A stretch of 64,000 nt of DNA, taken from NCBI GenBank assembly GCA_013239625.1, contig MU053933.1:1-64000 (forward strand). The letters are read 5' to 3'. Under the pieces are notes generated by a model. That model saw only the letters and a list, made by a program, of their open reading frames with translations, did no database searches and was not told the origin of the DNA. Below are positions 11,832-27,769 of the stretch, one piece after another. The translations under genes and the position numbers were made by a program. The DNA comes from Lama guanicoe. Its lineage: Eukaryota. Each line of letters begins with the position of its first letter. Position 1 is the first letter of the stretch.

Positions 11832-12165
11832 TTTTTTTTTTAATTGAAGTGTGCTTGATTCACATTGCTGTGTTAGTTTCAGGTGTACAACGATGTGATT
11901 CAGTTATACATGTACATATATATATATTCTTTTTCAGACTCTTTTTCATCATAGGGTATTGCAAGGTTTGGAATATAGTTCCCTGTGCTGTACAATAGGT
12001 CCTTGTTTATTTTATACATAGTATTATGTATATGTTAACCCCGAACCCCTAATTTATCCCCCCACCCCTTTTCCCTTCAGTAACCATAGTTTGTTTTCTA
12101 TGTCTGTGTATCTATTTCTGATCTGTAAACAAGTTCATTTGTATCTTTTTTTTAAATCTTATTTT
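11832..12165 (-). mobile_element. LINE-1 3' end (camelid-type) in TMPRSS2 intron 12
   Basis: T-run followed by aattgaagtgtgcttgatt...ttagtttcaggtgtaca...gattcagttatacat; reverse complement of the element type at 1-460. Confidence 0.85.
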
Positions 12166-12309
12166 TAGAGTCAAAATACTTCCATTGCACTGACACTCTG
12201 ACCCAATAGCGCCTTTCAGAGGAAGCAGTGGCTCGCCTTGTTGGGGATACAAGGCGCCTTGGTACATCAGCAGCCATCACCTCCCACGGCTGCCGCCAGG
12301 TCCCAGTCA

Positions 12310-12672
<363 letters not shown>

Positions 12673-12999
12673 TTAAAGTGGCTTTAGATTCTGTTTCAGG
12701 GGGAAGGCTGCCTGCCTCTGGGGCCATGGGGCTCCACCTGTGACCTAGAGTCACCCTCTCATTACCCAGCAACTTGGTTTCCTGAGGTCATTTTTCCTCC
12801 TCCGTCACTTCGTCTTCTGCGGAATATTCCCAGGGGCACACGAGAAGCTCCTGTGTTTCCACCTCAAACAAACTGACTTTCCTCGATCGCACCCGACCGT
12901 CTGCACCATGACCGTGAAAGTGCCAGACACTCCCTGGTCCTTGCTGCCTCTGCTCCATCTCCCACCTTGCTTCCGCCACTAGGGTATCTTTAGGTTCCG

Positions 13000-13690
13000 T
13001 GGGCTTAATGTGCCGAAGCTGAACCTCTCACAGAGCCCTCCTCCACCCCCATCCACACCACCCAGTCCTCCCCGGCTCAGGAACCGGCTCCACCACCGGC
13101 GAGGGGCTCAGACCATAAGCTTGCAGCCGTCTTCCCTGACTCCTCACTCTCTCCCTGCTGACGCTCAGTCCATCAGCAGACCTAGTGGCTCTGACCCAAA
13201 GGTGCCTCCACACCCACCTCCCTGGTCTGAGCTGCCTTCTTCTCTCAGAGGACGCAGCAGTGGTCCCCTCACTGCACCATTCTGTCTACCCTCGCCCCAC
13301 CCTTCCCGAGACTCCCTACGCAGCCATCAGATCATGTCACTCCCCTGCTTAAAACTTCCTGACAGCTCCCTGTCTCACACAGAATAGAAGCCAGTGTCTT
13401 CATCACAGCCTGTGAGGCCCAAAACAGTCTGGCCCCAGCCTGCCCCCTCGCCCCTGCTCAAGCCTGCCCTAGCTGCACTGGCCCTTCCGTTCCAGGATGT
13501 TCTTGCCGTGCAGTTCTCAGTCAAACGTCACCTCTTCCTAGAAGTCTTCGCTGACCACCCCTCGCTGTCATAAAGCAACTCGTTTGGTTGTTTCCCTTCT
13601 GACCCCATCCCGCCCCCAGACATGCACAGAGAAGGCGAAGTTCCCGCAGGCAGGGATTTTGTCGTATTTAGTTCACTACTGCATTCCCAG
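13000..13690 (+). mobile_element. L2 LINE fragment (approximate)
   Basis: L2-like motifs tcagatcatgtcactcccctgcttaaaacttcc...cacacagaataga and gcagggattttgtcgtatttagttcactactgcattcccagc. Confidence 0.55.
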
Positions 13691-14214
13691 CCCGAGGCGG
13701 GTGCCCTGCAAAACGTAGTTGATTTTCCCTTTCATCTTGGCTGCTGGGAATTCCTGCTCGCTACTGGAAGGCTCAACGCAGGCGCCCCAAACACTTTTTG
13801 GAAGGATGTCAACAGTATGTAAAATGCTTTTTTGTACCACTGAGTACTTCCAATGCTCCATAAAAATGATACAGCCAGGATCACCTCATTTGAAAAACAT
13901 TATCTGAGATGAATGAAAGCACATTATAACGGAAGGGAGCCAGGTCTGCCCGCGGCAGGACGGTCTAGCTCCTCTGTCTCTATGGGGTCGAGGCAGGAGG
14001 ACAAAGGCTTTGACGACCCGCAGCCGGACATCGCCGGTCCCGCAAGCCCGTCCTGACCGAGTCTGTGATCACACAGCGTCCATGGCAGGTGGACTTCTGG
14101 GGCGGCCCATTAGCAACAAAGGGGCGTGAACACAGGGGGCCGTGTGCCCCTCACGTTACGTGGCCTTTACACTTCAAAAAGCAATTTCTACACATTGTTC
14201 CGTTTATTGTAATA

Positions 14215-14657
<443 letters not shown>

Positions 14658-15160
14658 CTAGCACGCCCCCTTCCTGTCCCTGCCTGGCCCCCTTCTAAGA
14701 GGCCAGACATCCCCTTCTGGGAATTGTTTTGGGAGACTGAAGGTCAACAGTCTTTGGATGCAAACAGTTGACACTGGACATGGCAGAGCTGCGTCAACAA
14801 CAGACTAAATGGACAAGGACGGAGGTGGACGGTCAGCCTGCTACAGTGAACCTCACAGCAGGGCAGCTACAGCCAGCAGCCAGTCAGATCTGACTGACCG
14901 GACAGTGACCACCAAATTCGCCTCTTCTAGACGTTCACGTGTGCTGACTTATTCCGTGATCTCATTCTGTGCGGCGGAGGAAGCATGCTGACCACACCCC
15001 TCAGTGGCCACGGGCACATTTTTGGGTAACTTGTCCTCTGCTGAGCCCTCTTCTATCAGCCAAGCCCCTCCCCACCCCCTCCCTGCACACACCCTCACTC
15101 AGTGCAAATTCCGTCCTTCCTGCATCACAGCATGCTTTATTTCCAATCAATCTGTCCTTA

Positions 15161-15421
<261 letters not shown>

Positions 15422-16675
15422 TCAGAACCACAAAGGAACCACAAGGATCTTGAAAAGTCATTGGCTAGGGCCAAGTGTCCCCAAGGTGACACAATTTGCC
15501 AAAAGCCACCCGACAAGACTGGCCTGGCGGTCTCAGGCCCTTCCCTGTTGCCTTCTCACACAGCCTCGCCCTCCCACAGCTCCCCTTCACCTCACTAATG
15601 AATCCTGCTCCTCCTGTGCTCTGGCACCAGCCTGCAAACCTTCGAATTTCCTGAGAACACGTATTCTGGAGCCTAAATGCCTCCCTGGGGTTTGAAGCCC
15701 CATTTCTGGCAGGACTGGGACTTATCTTTATAAGCTAGGGCATTTCCTGGCACACAGTAGGTGCTTGATAAATGTGTGCTGATTAACGGACTCTAGGTCT
15801 AATAGCCATCTGGGCATTACCTTCCCCTAGCTGTTTCTCTTCTAAGAGAATCCCAAATCCTGGAGCCCACGGAATCCAGTGGATGGAAGGAAGGGACACT
15901 CTTGGGTAATAAACATCACTCCCTTCAGCCTTCACAGCAGCCCCGGGAGGAGCGGCGCACCTGGCTCACAGGTGCAGATGGTCCAGTCAGATGCCCCGAG
16001 TGAGCTGTCCAGGGCCACTCAGGCAGAGAACGGCTGGGCCAGGAGCCACGCCAGGCTCACCCTCACTCTGATGAGCAGGGTTTTCTCAAAGTAAGCACGT
16101 GACCAAAAAACTCCATGTTTAAGAAAAAAGGAGTGGGGACGGGGACAATATCTTCTACAAAAGCTAAAGCTATAAATGATGGTTACCCTCGCCCCTCCCC
16201 AGCCATCTGTCTGGGCAACGCTGTGGCCAAAGGTGTTTAAGGAACCACAGAACCTTCCAGCAGGACAGAGTGAGGTCTGAGTGTCCCTGAGCACACTCTC
16301 TTCAGAGGAGAACCCAGGGGAGACCAGGCCTCCCAAGAGGGCAGGGGCCTCAAGAAAGGTAGGCTGGAGCTGAGAAGACCGCAGGCTGGAAGGAGTTCTG
16401 ATCACAGTATCACCCCAGCCCCTCAAAGCATCCCTGCTCGGGAGCCCTACTGCGGTGGACATTTGCTGAAGGGATGGTCTTGGCCACGGGCTTCACATCA
16501 CGACTTATGTAACCCTCCCGGAGACTCCACGAAGTGGGCTCCCTTAGAATCCCCACTTGTTCGGAAACCGGAGCTTAAACAGGTCAAAGACTTCCCCCAA
16601 GGCCACAGGGCAGAGCGTTGCCTCTGCCCCTGGGCCCCGCCTCCGCTCCAGGGCCTCTTCCCTGTCCCCAGGCCC

Positions 16676-16719
16676 NNNNNNNNNNNNNNNNNNNNNNNNN
16701 NNNNNNNNNNNNNNNNNNN
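16676..16719. other. Assembly gap (44 N)
   Basis: Run of N in intron 9, 9 nt from the exon 9 boundary. Confidence 0.99.
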
Positions 16720-16727
16720 GGAACCTA

Positions 16728-17021
<294 letters not shown>

Positions 17022-18041
17022 TCACCTCTTGCTCCTGTTTGTTTGGGGTCTGAGTTTTAGAAAATATGTCCTGGTCTCTCTCAGTTGGGGGAGAGGAGAG
17101 GACGTTCCTCTAGCCCCCAGCCCCACACCCGAGGAAGCTCCACTTTTTTTTTAATTAAAAGGGATTTATTTGTGATTTCCTATATATATTTAGCTTGTAA
17201 ATACAAGACTGTAAATGTATTAAGAGAATTTATGTTAAAGTTTTCATCGTGTTTCGCTTCAAGTCAGAAAGCACCACTTCTGCTGGCACTGGGTGCTGCC
17301 TTCTCCTGGCGCTAGTGTGATTCGTTAGCGTCCCCCGCATACTCAGGTGGAGCAGGGGCATGGGTAACGAAGGCCCTGGGACCTCCCTGAATGCTCAGAG
17401 GCCCGAAGATTCCTGAACAAGCTAAGGAGGGCCTTCCTTGCGTGTGCTGCTCCCATGCCACCACGAGGGGGTGGCCTGGGCAGGAGGGCAGGGGGCACGG
17501 GCAGGGGGTGCCACGCTCTCTGGGTACGTCAAGAAGTTTGAGCCAACCTGGCTGGGAAGTTACTGCTGGGACCGCTGGGACATGCGTCCACTGGGGGCAC
17601 CTGCTCGTTTTACCTCTTCAAACTCAAAAGCTGAGCTTCAGGCCCAAGATTCGTGTGGAAACAGGGTGGGGCCATCCCAGAGAAGGGATCCCAGTGTTCT
17701 CCATGCTGATGGAAGTTTGGAAACTAAGTAATCCGAACCCAGGGGTGGGGATTCCCACAGGCCCCCAGCTCTGCCTTGGGGACGCCACAGAGCGGGGCCC
17801 GTCGGTGTCCTGAACGTGCCCGTTCTCGTGGGACAGCTGCTTCCTGGACCCGAGGCAGAAGGCACCGAAAGTGCATCAAAATTGAAGAAAGGCGCTCCCT
17901 GGGGCAGAGCACTGGGCATATTCCAACCCGTGTCCCAGCCTTCTTCTCTCCACGCCCCCCAAAGACACGGGGACACGCTTCTGTTAAGTACAGAAGGGTT
18001 CCTACTTAGAAGCGCAAAAAGGAAAACCAAGGGCCACTTAC

Positions 18042-18085
18042 CTATACAGCGCAAAGAAACCACTCTTTTTGAAGAACAGACATCA
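18042..18085 (-). CDS. TMPRSS2: TMPRSS2 exon 8 (SDVCSSKRVVSLRCI)
   Basis: 44 nt, ttttgtAG acceptor and GTAAGT donor; keeps frame. Confidence 0.93.
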
Positions 18086-18294
18086 CTACAAAAGAAGAAT
18101 GGACACTGTGGTCACTATAATAAATGAAACACTTGATTCTCAAAATACTTAGAAATAAATATTTTCTTCCAGTGTTCTCACTCCCTGCCTCCCCAGACAT
18201 AGAAGAGGCCACAACTGAAGAAGGAAAGTGAATAAGGAAAGTGAATCTATACCCACAGGGGACAGTAGCAAAAAGCAGATGCCGAGTCAAAGTG

Positions 18295-18430
18295 CAGGGT
18301 TCAAATTCAAGCTGTGTGACCTTAGGAAACCACTTAACCTCCCCGTGCCTCAATTTCCCCATCTCCAGAATGGGCTAAATAGCACCAACTCATAAGGCGG
18401 TTGGGAAGGGCAGCACACAACATAGCAGCT
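18295..18430 (-). mobile_element. MIR SINE fragment
   Basis: gctgtgtgaccttaggaaaccacttaacctccccgtgcctcaatttccccatct is the reverse MIR core. Confidence 0.65.
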
Positions 18431-18756
18431 ATTATTTTTTTTCTTGGAATTTAAATTCCATCCTTTAATTCTGTATGGAAGACATTCTGGGTTTCAATAA
18501 CTGTTTTACACTTATTGCACAGGAAGTTGACAGCCAATCATTTGCCTGGGAGCAAAAGGAAAGAAAAGTTACTCATCTGGGAGACAGACATTCAGAGTTA
18601 CAGACAAGAAATAATCAATGCGTCTGTCACAGAGTGAATTTCTCTCCAATATGCTGAAGAGAGAAGCAGCCCTGACAGCCAGGGGGTCACAGCTGGCTGT
18701 GTCTCCCGTTGAACATAAACTGTTTGCAGAGCATCAGCATCGGGCCGGGGGTGGTA

Positions 18757-18844
18757 GGGGAGGGTTGAGCTCAGTGGTAGAGCTCGTGCTTAGCATTCAC
18801 GAGGTCCTGGGTTCAATCCCCGGCACCCCCATCAAAAAAAAAAA
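18757..18844 (+). mobile_element. tRNA-Ala-derived camelid SINE
   Basis: ggggagggttgagctcagtggtagag...gcttagcattcacgaggtcctgggttcaatccccggcacc followed by an A-tail. Confidence 0.85.
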
Positions 18845-19656
18845 GGAAGAAAACCCCTTCCAGACCAGAGCACTGTCATATGATGGAGCAGAACAGAGGC
18901 AAGCCCACCGCAATGTCCCCTCTGAACAGACCGACCATGAGGAACCCGGTCCAAACCACACAGTGACCAACAGCCCCCTCTGCTGGCTGACATGAGTGAC
19001 CATGCTTCTTTGCCCTTCTCAGCTGTAACCAGGTTTCCACCACCACCTTCTAAAAAAAGCATTAAGACACCAACTACAGAATCACCATCACTTCCTGACA
19101 GCTTTCAATCCAGGGCAAAGCTCTGCTTCCTGGAACCTTCCCCAAAATGACCCAACACAAGCCTATGTCCTATAATAAGTTCTTTTCAGCACCGTCCCAC
19201 TGAGACACCCTTGACTCCAGGACACGGCATGTCCTGGTGGTCTCTGGCTGAGAGGTTTTGGGATGCCAAGAGAAGACAAACTGCCATTAAGAGATGCTTT
19301 CTAAGGACCATTCTCCTCTACAAGGAGGCACACTGTCCAGCCACCAGCATCAGGGCACAAAGCAGCCATTTGGAGAAGCCCCACCAAGAGCCCGAGACTC
19401 AGGTAATAATGAGCAACTTCTGAAAGCCAAGAGGAAGGAAGTCCTCCCACCCCTGCCCCGCACCCAGAACACCAGCTGCCAGACAATGACTTTCTCTTTC
19501 CTCCAAACCCTACAGCTACCCGGAGAGTTTCCAAGGCTCTTACCGAGAGGTGGTAGATTTCCTGCCCCTGCTCAGCCCTGATTCCATGGAACCAGGAGGA
19601 CAAAGAGACATTTGGCATTTAAAAAGAGCCCAGGCAGCTGTGTTTAGCTTCTTGGG

Positions 19657-19720
19657 TGGGCAAACCATGGGGTGCTGTTTTGATGGGCAAACCATGGGGT
19701 GCTCTTTTGATGGGCACACC
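19657..19720. repeat. 27-bp tandem duplication (about 2.4 copies)
   Basis: tgggcaaaccatggggtgctgttttga / tgggcaaaccatggggtgctcttttga / tgggcacacc. Confidence 0.9.
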
Positions 19721-20278
19721 TGGCTGTGCCCACCCCTCCTCCTGGGCTCGCCCTGTCGCATTCCGGCAAACGGCCAAGCTCAGGTGCCTCAGGCAGAAGT
19801 CAGCCCCCAGACACCTCAGCCTGGGCCACCAGGAATGCAAACCTGCTTCCAGTCTCCCACTCACAGGGAAGGAGGGGACACATGACCAGTCCGTTCTCCC
19901 CTAAATGCAGCGACTGGCACCTGGCCAGCAGGGAGGTGATGGCCTGGCTGGCCACCTGGGGATGAGTGATAGGGACCTGGGAGGCTTCTGCACAAAGGAC
20001 ACTGTGTATCTTCCACATTAAAGAACATTCAGATATAATACAACATTGTAAACAGAAGAAAAGTCAGAAGGAAAAAAAACATTCAAATAAATAGTAACGA
20101 TGCTAAGAAGACCACAATCATTTTAAACATATGCAACATAAAACGACTACTTAAAGCCCAGCCCTCTCCCCCATCCTCCTAACCAGCTAAACCATCCCTC
20201 AGGGGACAAGCTTAGGTTCATTCCCACCCACTGGACACACTGGGAACCGTCCAGCACTGCTTCCCTGACTAGCAGTCA

Positions 20279-20995
<717 letters not shown>

Positions 20996-22149
20996 TTAAA
21001 ATAATGGTTCTGTTGTAAGCATTTGCAAATCCTACGCAGCTCCTACGCTGTGTCGTAATCCTTCTCTTGCATGACGTTCAGATTAAGAAGGACATCTCAG
21101 CATTTTGAAAAACAAAGCCATAAGTTCCAATCAAGTGACACTGCCTGATAACCATCTTTCCCGCTGATGACCCTGAAGTGTCAAGTGAAAGTCCTCCAGC
21201 AGTCGTGCGTCTGACCTAATCTGGATGAGGATGAAGAAGCAGTGAAGATAAGGGTGTGTGAGGCCTTGTGAATGAGCCAAGTTACAGATGTGAAAATGCT
21301 CTGTTACAGAACACAGATCCTGAACCATGCTGGGGTCTCACTGTCAGTCATGGTGCCATGTGCTACAGTTTGGGGGGATGGCATTTTGAAGTATTTCACT
21401 AAGAAGCCAGCCTTCTTGTGGAGTGGTAATTCATTTTGAAAACTGGCATACAGGGAATACCCTAGAATTGCACAGAAGTCACACAGGGATACCCCCAAGG
21501 AAGAAAAGGAGGCAGTGAAATCACACAGCCTTCCTCTGGGAGGCCAGACGGCTGCCAGGCATCTGCAGCTAACTGGGACCCCAGGGAGGGGCCCTCCCAC
21601 CTCCCTCTCCCACCTCCTCTGGTGGCTGCATGAGGAGTGAATGCTCTTACGGATCAGTCTGATGATCAGTTCTCTCTTGTGCAGAAGCCTTCGACGTCTC
21701 CTGCACGCATGCAGGGAAGGTCACTGGGACCTGTGCCTTCTGACCTCCCCCGCAGCCTCCCTGCTTGCCCCCCAGCCCCAGCCCCGATCAAAGAGACAAA
21801 CGAAGTCCAGGTCTCAACTCTGCCTAGAGGCTTCTCAGGAAATGAGCCACCCAAGGCCCTCAGCCAGCACCCCGGACCATGGTGATCACAGCACTGGACA
21901 GCCCTGAGCAGCCGGGGCGGATGGAGGCCCAGGAGGAGGCAGAGCTGGGAGACGCCGTGGAGGGGGCTGGTGTGGGACACGTTTCCCTGCTGGCTTCCCG
22001 GAGCAGCTGCGGGATGGAGACAAGGGTCTGTGGTGTCCGCAGCCTGGCTTTGCCAGGGAGGGGCAGGGGGAAGCACTGGTCCTTCTTCTGGCGTTTCTAT
22101 GCCTGTCACCGTCACGGCCCCACCTCTGAGGTGGGGGGCTGCAAACTCA

Positions 22150-22404
<255 letters not shown>

Positions 22405-22831
22405 TCATGAGGTGTGCTGAGAATCCAGCCTTTCCCGGCAAAAAAAAATGTGCCCTTCACCCAACAGAACTGAAGACAAGTATTCAGACAAAACAAACAT
22501 GGTACAAAAATGTTCCTGGGTGCGTTATTCACAAGAGCCACAGGTGGAAACAGCCCAGATGTCCATCAACAGGTGTACGCACAAAAGATGGTGCCCACAC
22601 AATGGAACATGAATTATTCGTCCATGAAAGGGGGTGAGCGCTGACACACACCACATGCAGGAACACGCACGAGACAGGAAGTAGACTCGTGGTTGCTCAG
22701 GGCCTAGGGGGACACAGGAGGGGGGTCAGGGGGCAAGAGCTTGAGATTTCCTTACGAGATGAAGAGAATGTGCTAGAACGATTGTGCTGATGCTGCCAGT
22801 TTCTGTGAATAGATAAAAACCACTGGCCTGA

Positions 22832-22923
22832 GGGGGACAGCTCCGTGGTAGAGCATGCGCTTAGCGTGCACGAGGTCCTGGGTGCTCTCCCCAGTGCCTC
22901 CACTTAAAAAAAAAAAAAAAAAA
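22832..22923 (+). mobile_element. tRNA-Ala-derived SINE with TSD, inserted in an older L1M 3' fragment (about 22440-22830)
   Basis: SINE body with A-tail; flanked by aaaaaccactggcctgag / aaaaaccaccggactgag. Confidence 0.8.
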
Positions 22924-22974
22924 CCACCGGACTGAGCCGTTTAAAAGATTGGCTTAAGAAGTTTCTTCTGTAGA

Positions 22975-23125
22975 GCACAGGGAACTATGTTCTGTATAAT
23001 AACCTTTAATGAACAAGAACATGAAAACGAACATATGCATGCAAATGCACGACTGGGACCTTGTGCTGTGCACCAGAAATTGACACGTTGCAACTGGCGG
23101 TACCTCACTTAAATTAATTAAATAA
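22975..23125 (+). mobile_element. Short 5'-truncated L1 3' end
   Basis: cacagggaactatg...tgctgtgcaccagaaattgacacgttgcaact; same family as 24275-24853. Confidence 0.7.
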
Positions 23126-24274
23126 AAGGTTGGCTTTATGGCCTGCGAATTATGCATGTATTATAAAATTGTTTCTTAAGAAAATAAATGAATAAGATGA
23201 AGAGGCTTTAAAAAGTGTTTTTTTGTTTGGTTTTATGGATTTTTCATTTGTCTTTGAAAAACACTTTTAGACAATCACTCTGAGCAGCAGGTTGACCCCT
23301 CGGCCCTACAGAGAACTCCCGGGGATGTGCTGAGTCCTTTGGAAAGCTCTGCCTCTAACTTCATTAACATTTTGCCACAACAACCCCAACTCTTTGTTTA
23401 AAGAAATAAAACATTATAAATATAGTTGAAGCCCCCTCCCTGCCCACCCCTCCCTCCTCCTGCAGAATTCCGAGACTCTTCGTGCTGTGGGGGAAACACC
23501 TTGTGTCTTCTTCGCAGAGGGAGTCCTGCACACTTGAGGGTTAACCAGCGCGCCCTGCGTTAACATGAACGATCCGGAAGACGGCACTGCGCACAAGACG
23601 GCGAGGTGCCGAATGACGTGCTCTGTGTGGCACGACCTCTGGGAAGTCCCAGCGTGAAAACGCCGCTTTGTGGCTGGGGGCGATGCACGTGGGCTTAAGT
23701 GTGAGGGGAGGACCGGGCTGTTCCCCGGGCTCACTCTCGCCTCCCCTCGGTGACCCCGACTCCCTGGACGGCCAGCCTGATGTCTGGGCTCACTCCTCCA
23801 CGGGATGACTGGCCTTGGTGTGATCCTGTCCTAACGCTTCCGTGAGGAGTGGGTCCATACACCACGTGAGTGGTAAACAGACAGCATACTATGAGTCAGT
23901 GCTAAAAAGAAATGAGCCCTCGAACCACGAAGACACATGGAGGCATTACATGCATGTGTCTAAGTAGAAGAAGCCAATCTGAAAAAGCTGCCCTTTGTGT
24001 GATGCCAGCTCTGTGACTCTGGAAAAGGCAAAAGCATGGAGACAGTAAAACGATCAGTGTTACTCGGGGCTGGGGGCTTGGTGGTGAATGGGCGGGGCTC
24101 AGAGGACTTTTAGGGCAGTGGACCTACTCTGTACCATACTGTAATGATGGGTGCATGTCTTTATACATCTGTCCAAACCTACTGTCCAAGTTTAAGTACA
24201 TTAGACGTTTGTCCACAATATTAAGAATGAACCTCAATGTAAACTAAGGACTTTTGTCAGTAATAATGTATCAA

Positions 24275-24853
24275 CATGCATCCCAATGCTCACAGCAGCA
24301 CTATTTTCAATAGGCAAGTCATGGAAACAACCTAAGTGTCCATTGACAGATGACTGGATAAAGATGCCGTGGTATATTTATACAACGGAATACTACTCAG
24401 CCATAAAAATGAATGAAATAATGCCATTTGCAGTAACATGGATGGACCTAGAGATCCTCACTCTAAGTGAAGCAAGCCAGAAAGAGAAAGAAAAATACCA
24501 TACGAAACCACTTATATGTGGAATCTAAAAAATAAGACACATATGAAATTGTTTACAAAACAGAAACAGACCTACAGACATAGAAAACAAGCTTGTTATC
24601 GGGGGGAAGGGGGTGGGAAGGGGTAAATTGGGAGTTCAAGATTTGCAGATACTAACTACTATATATAAAATTGATGAACAACGAATTTCTACTATATAGC
24701 ACAGGGATCTGTAGTCAATAATTTGTAGTAACCTATAATGAAAAAGAATATGAAAACGAACATGTATGTATATGTATGACTGAAACATGATGCTGTGAAC
24801 AAGAAACTGACACAACATTGTAAACTATACTTCAATTTAAAAAAAAGAAAAAA
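24275..24853 (+). mobile_element. LINE-1 3' end (camelid-type), nested in an older L1MC-like element
   Basis: Translates to an L1 ORF2 C-terminal-like peptide (KSWKQPKCPLTDDWIK...EYYSAIKMNEIMPFAVTWMDLE), then 3' UTR and A-tail. Confidence 0.88.
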
Positions 24854-25026
24854 GGGAGGAGGGTATAGCTCAGTGGTAGAGCACATGCTTAGCATGCACA
24901 AGGTCCTGGGTTCAATCCCCAGTACCTCCTCTAAAAATAAATAAACCTAATTACCTCCTCCCCACAAAAAGATAATTAACACAATAATAAAATAAATAGA
25001 ATATTAAAAAAATAAAAAGAAAAAAA
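24854..25026 (+). mobile_element. tRNA-Ala-derived camelid SINE directly after the L1 tail
   Basis: gggaggagggtatagctcagtggtagagcacatgcttagcatgcacaaggtcctgggttcaatccccagtacctcc, followed by an A-rich tail with aacctaattacctcc. Confidence 0.9.
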
Positions 25027-25417
25027 GGATGTATGGATACTGACTTATCACTTACAACGCACGAACCACTCAATGCAAGATGTTAAAAACAGGGACAAGA
25101 GAGCTCTGTGCTGTCTGCTCGATTTTCTGTACACGCGAAACTGCTCGGTGTTCCATGCAAAGGAACGCGGAGAGGGCAGCGGAGGGAAACGGGAGGCTGG
25201 GGTCTGGGCGGAGAATGACTTTGAGGATGTGTGGCCAGTACTGCGGAATCAGCCGGATGGTAACAACCACTGGGAAACGAGCAGATCAAGAATGCAGACA
25301 TGTGTTTACTTCTGGTGCAAAACCTGCACAAACAAGATGCTCTTTTAATTGCCCCCAAGGGGAAAACATGACTGGTTAGTGAACAGGCGTGTGCGCGCGC
25401 GTGTGAGCACACACGTG

Positions 25418-26343
25418 TGTGACGGTAAAACAACCCAGCTCTTCCTTCTCCTGGAGTCCTTGTCTCCCGTGCGTCCCTTCACTGCTCATGCGGAACACTC
25501 TCCTCCTGACACTTCTGATCACCAAACGTGGGCGGCTTTTACCCCGTAACAAGCAATTCTCGGGGACACCAGTGGGTGTCCAGCAATTTAACTCAATTCC
25601 GACACTCTTTACCTGGCGAGATCATCAGATCCCACAGGTTAAGGCCCATAGGACTGCTCCCCACTTCAGATGCCCGTCCCAAGTCCAGGTTGTCACCTGT
25701 GCCTCTGACTGATCAGCTGTAAGTCAGAGGGTCCCACGGCCCCCTCCTCAGGTTCGATTAATTTGCTAGAGTGACTCACAGGACTCAGGAAAACCGTTCA
25801 CTTTCTGTTCACTAGATTATTATAAAGGAACGTGGGGAAGGACAGAGGTGAACTTGCAGAGGAAAAGACGCGTGTGGCGGGCATGTGGGGAGGGGGAGGG
25901 GCAGGGGCTTTGCGCCCTCTCTGGGCGCGCCTGTCTCCCCAGGCCTTCACGTGGTCACCAACCCGGAAGCTCCCCACCCTGCACTTCTGGGGTTTCGTGG
26001 CGGCTCCATCCCGTAGGCATGGTCAATCATTAACTCCGTTTCCAGCCCTTGCCCCTCTCGAGAACGGGGGGCAGGACTGCAAGTTCTAAGCTTCTAACCA
26101 CGGCTTGTTCTTTGTGGTGATCAGCCCCCATCCAGGAGCCACCCAGAGTCACCTCGTTAGAACAAAGGACACGCCTGTCACCCAGGGAGTGACAGGGGTT
26201 TCAGGAGTCCTGTGTCAGGAAGGGACCAGACGCTGGGACAAACGATGCTCCTGGTGCTCTTGTCACTTAGGAATTTCCAGGGTTCCAGGAGCTCCGGGCC
26301 GGGAAGTAGGGGTGGAGACCAGCATGTATTTTCTATTGTCTCA
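25418..26343. mobile_element. MER21-like solo LTR
   Basis: Motifs acacttctgatcaccaaa, caatttaactcaattccgacact, tcagatcccacaggttaagg, ccccacttcagatgcc, ttaatttgctagagtgactcacag resemble MER21 as recalled; TG...CA ends. Confidence 0.7.
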
Positions 26344-26360
26344 TGGTATGTGAGTGCATT

Positions 26361-26394
26361 TGTGTGTGTGTGTGTTGTGTGTGTGTGTGTGTGT
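26361..26394. repeat. (TG)n microsatellite
   Basis: Interrupted TG run. Confidence 0.9.
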
Positions 26395-27029
26395 AAGGGA
26401 AGTGGGGAGATGAGATTTGTCACTGCACACCCTTAGAGACTTTCTGAATTTTGATCTATTTGAGCACATGGACTCAAAGTATTTAAACAAATACAACTTC
26501 AATACTAAGAAGAGAGCGAGAAAGTCTCTCCAGGGAACACTACGTGTTTGTCTGGCTGGAGATTATTGACACACGCGCGTGTGCAGGAAAATCACCTGAC
26601 ATGTTAACCACAACTGCTCAATCTCAAAAGCTCCCTCCTTTACTTAAGAAAATGGTGACAAATATATTATCACCAAAATAAAGGCAAGGCACTCCGTTGA
26701 CAGTTTAGGGAGTGAGTGAGCCACTGACAAGTGTAAACACTCCCGGGGCGGGAGCTGCAGGTTCCTGCAGGTCCCACGAGCACGGCCTTTCTCTGGCACC
26801 ACCTGCATTAAGTGCTATCGGCTCCCAGAGCACACAGCAGACTTAAGGCTCTGGTACGGCCATCGGTGGATATTAGCGCAGCCCTCGGACTCAAGAATCA
26901 ATTTCCCCTTTGCAGGACTTTACCACCCCTGAAATAATTAATAGAAAATTATAGAAGCAGAAGAGGTGCCCACCTGTGACAACAGATCGCTTTAAGTTCA
27001 GCTTGTTTAGAAAACACATAGCGAGGCAT

Positions 27030-27160
27030 GGGGAGGGTGTGGCTCAGCGATAGAGCAAGTGCTTAGCATGCATGAGGTCCATGGTTCAATCCCCAGTGCC
27101 TCCATTAAATAATAAACAAACGTAGTTACCGTAAAAAAAATCTTTTTAAAGAAAAAAGCA
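27030..27160 (+). mobile_element. tRNA-Ala-derived camelid SINE
   Basis: ggggagggtgtggctcagcgatagagcaagtgcttagcatgcatgaggtccatggttcaatccccagtgcctcc followed by an A-rich tail. Confidence 0.85.
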
Positions 27161-27352
27161 CAGCACACTCCCAACTTTATCTTTTAAACAGTTTGCTCGC
27201 TTTAACTGCCAAGAGATGACATCCTGTGGCAGCTGGGTGCACACGCTGGCCTGGCCCTGGGCTGTCTTCTCCCTCCCCGGACCCCGGCTGTGCGATGTCA
27301 GGCGGCAGCTCACCCACTCTGAGCCTGTCTCCTCATCTGAAAACCTGGCTTA

Positions 27353-27769
<417 letters not shown>

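Noticed and set aside
16676..16719. Possible hidden exon or disruption at the N gap
   Set aside because: Exon 9 and its donor are intact and the CDS totals the expected 492 aa without it.
18757..18835. tRNA-Ala(AGC)-like sequences (also at 4007, 22832, 24854, 27030, 57609)
   Set aside because: They have A-rich tails, target-site duplications in some copies and stem mismatches, so they are SINEs rather than tRNA genes.
19657..19720. Direct repeats as a possible CRISPR-like array
   Set aside because: Head-to-tail 27-bp duplication without spacers, in a mammalian intron.
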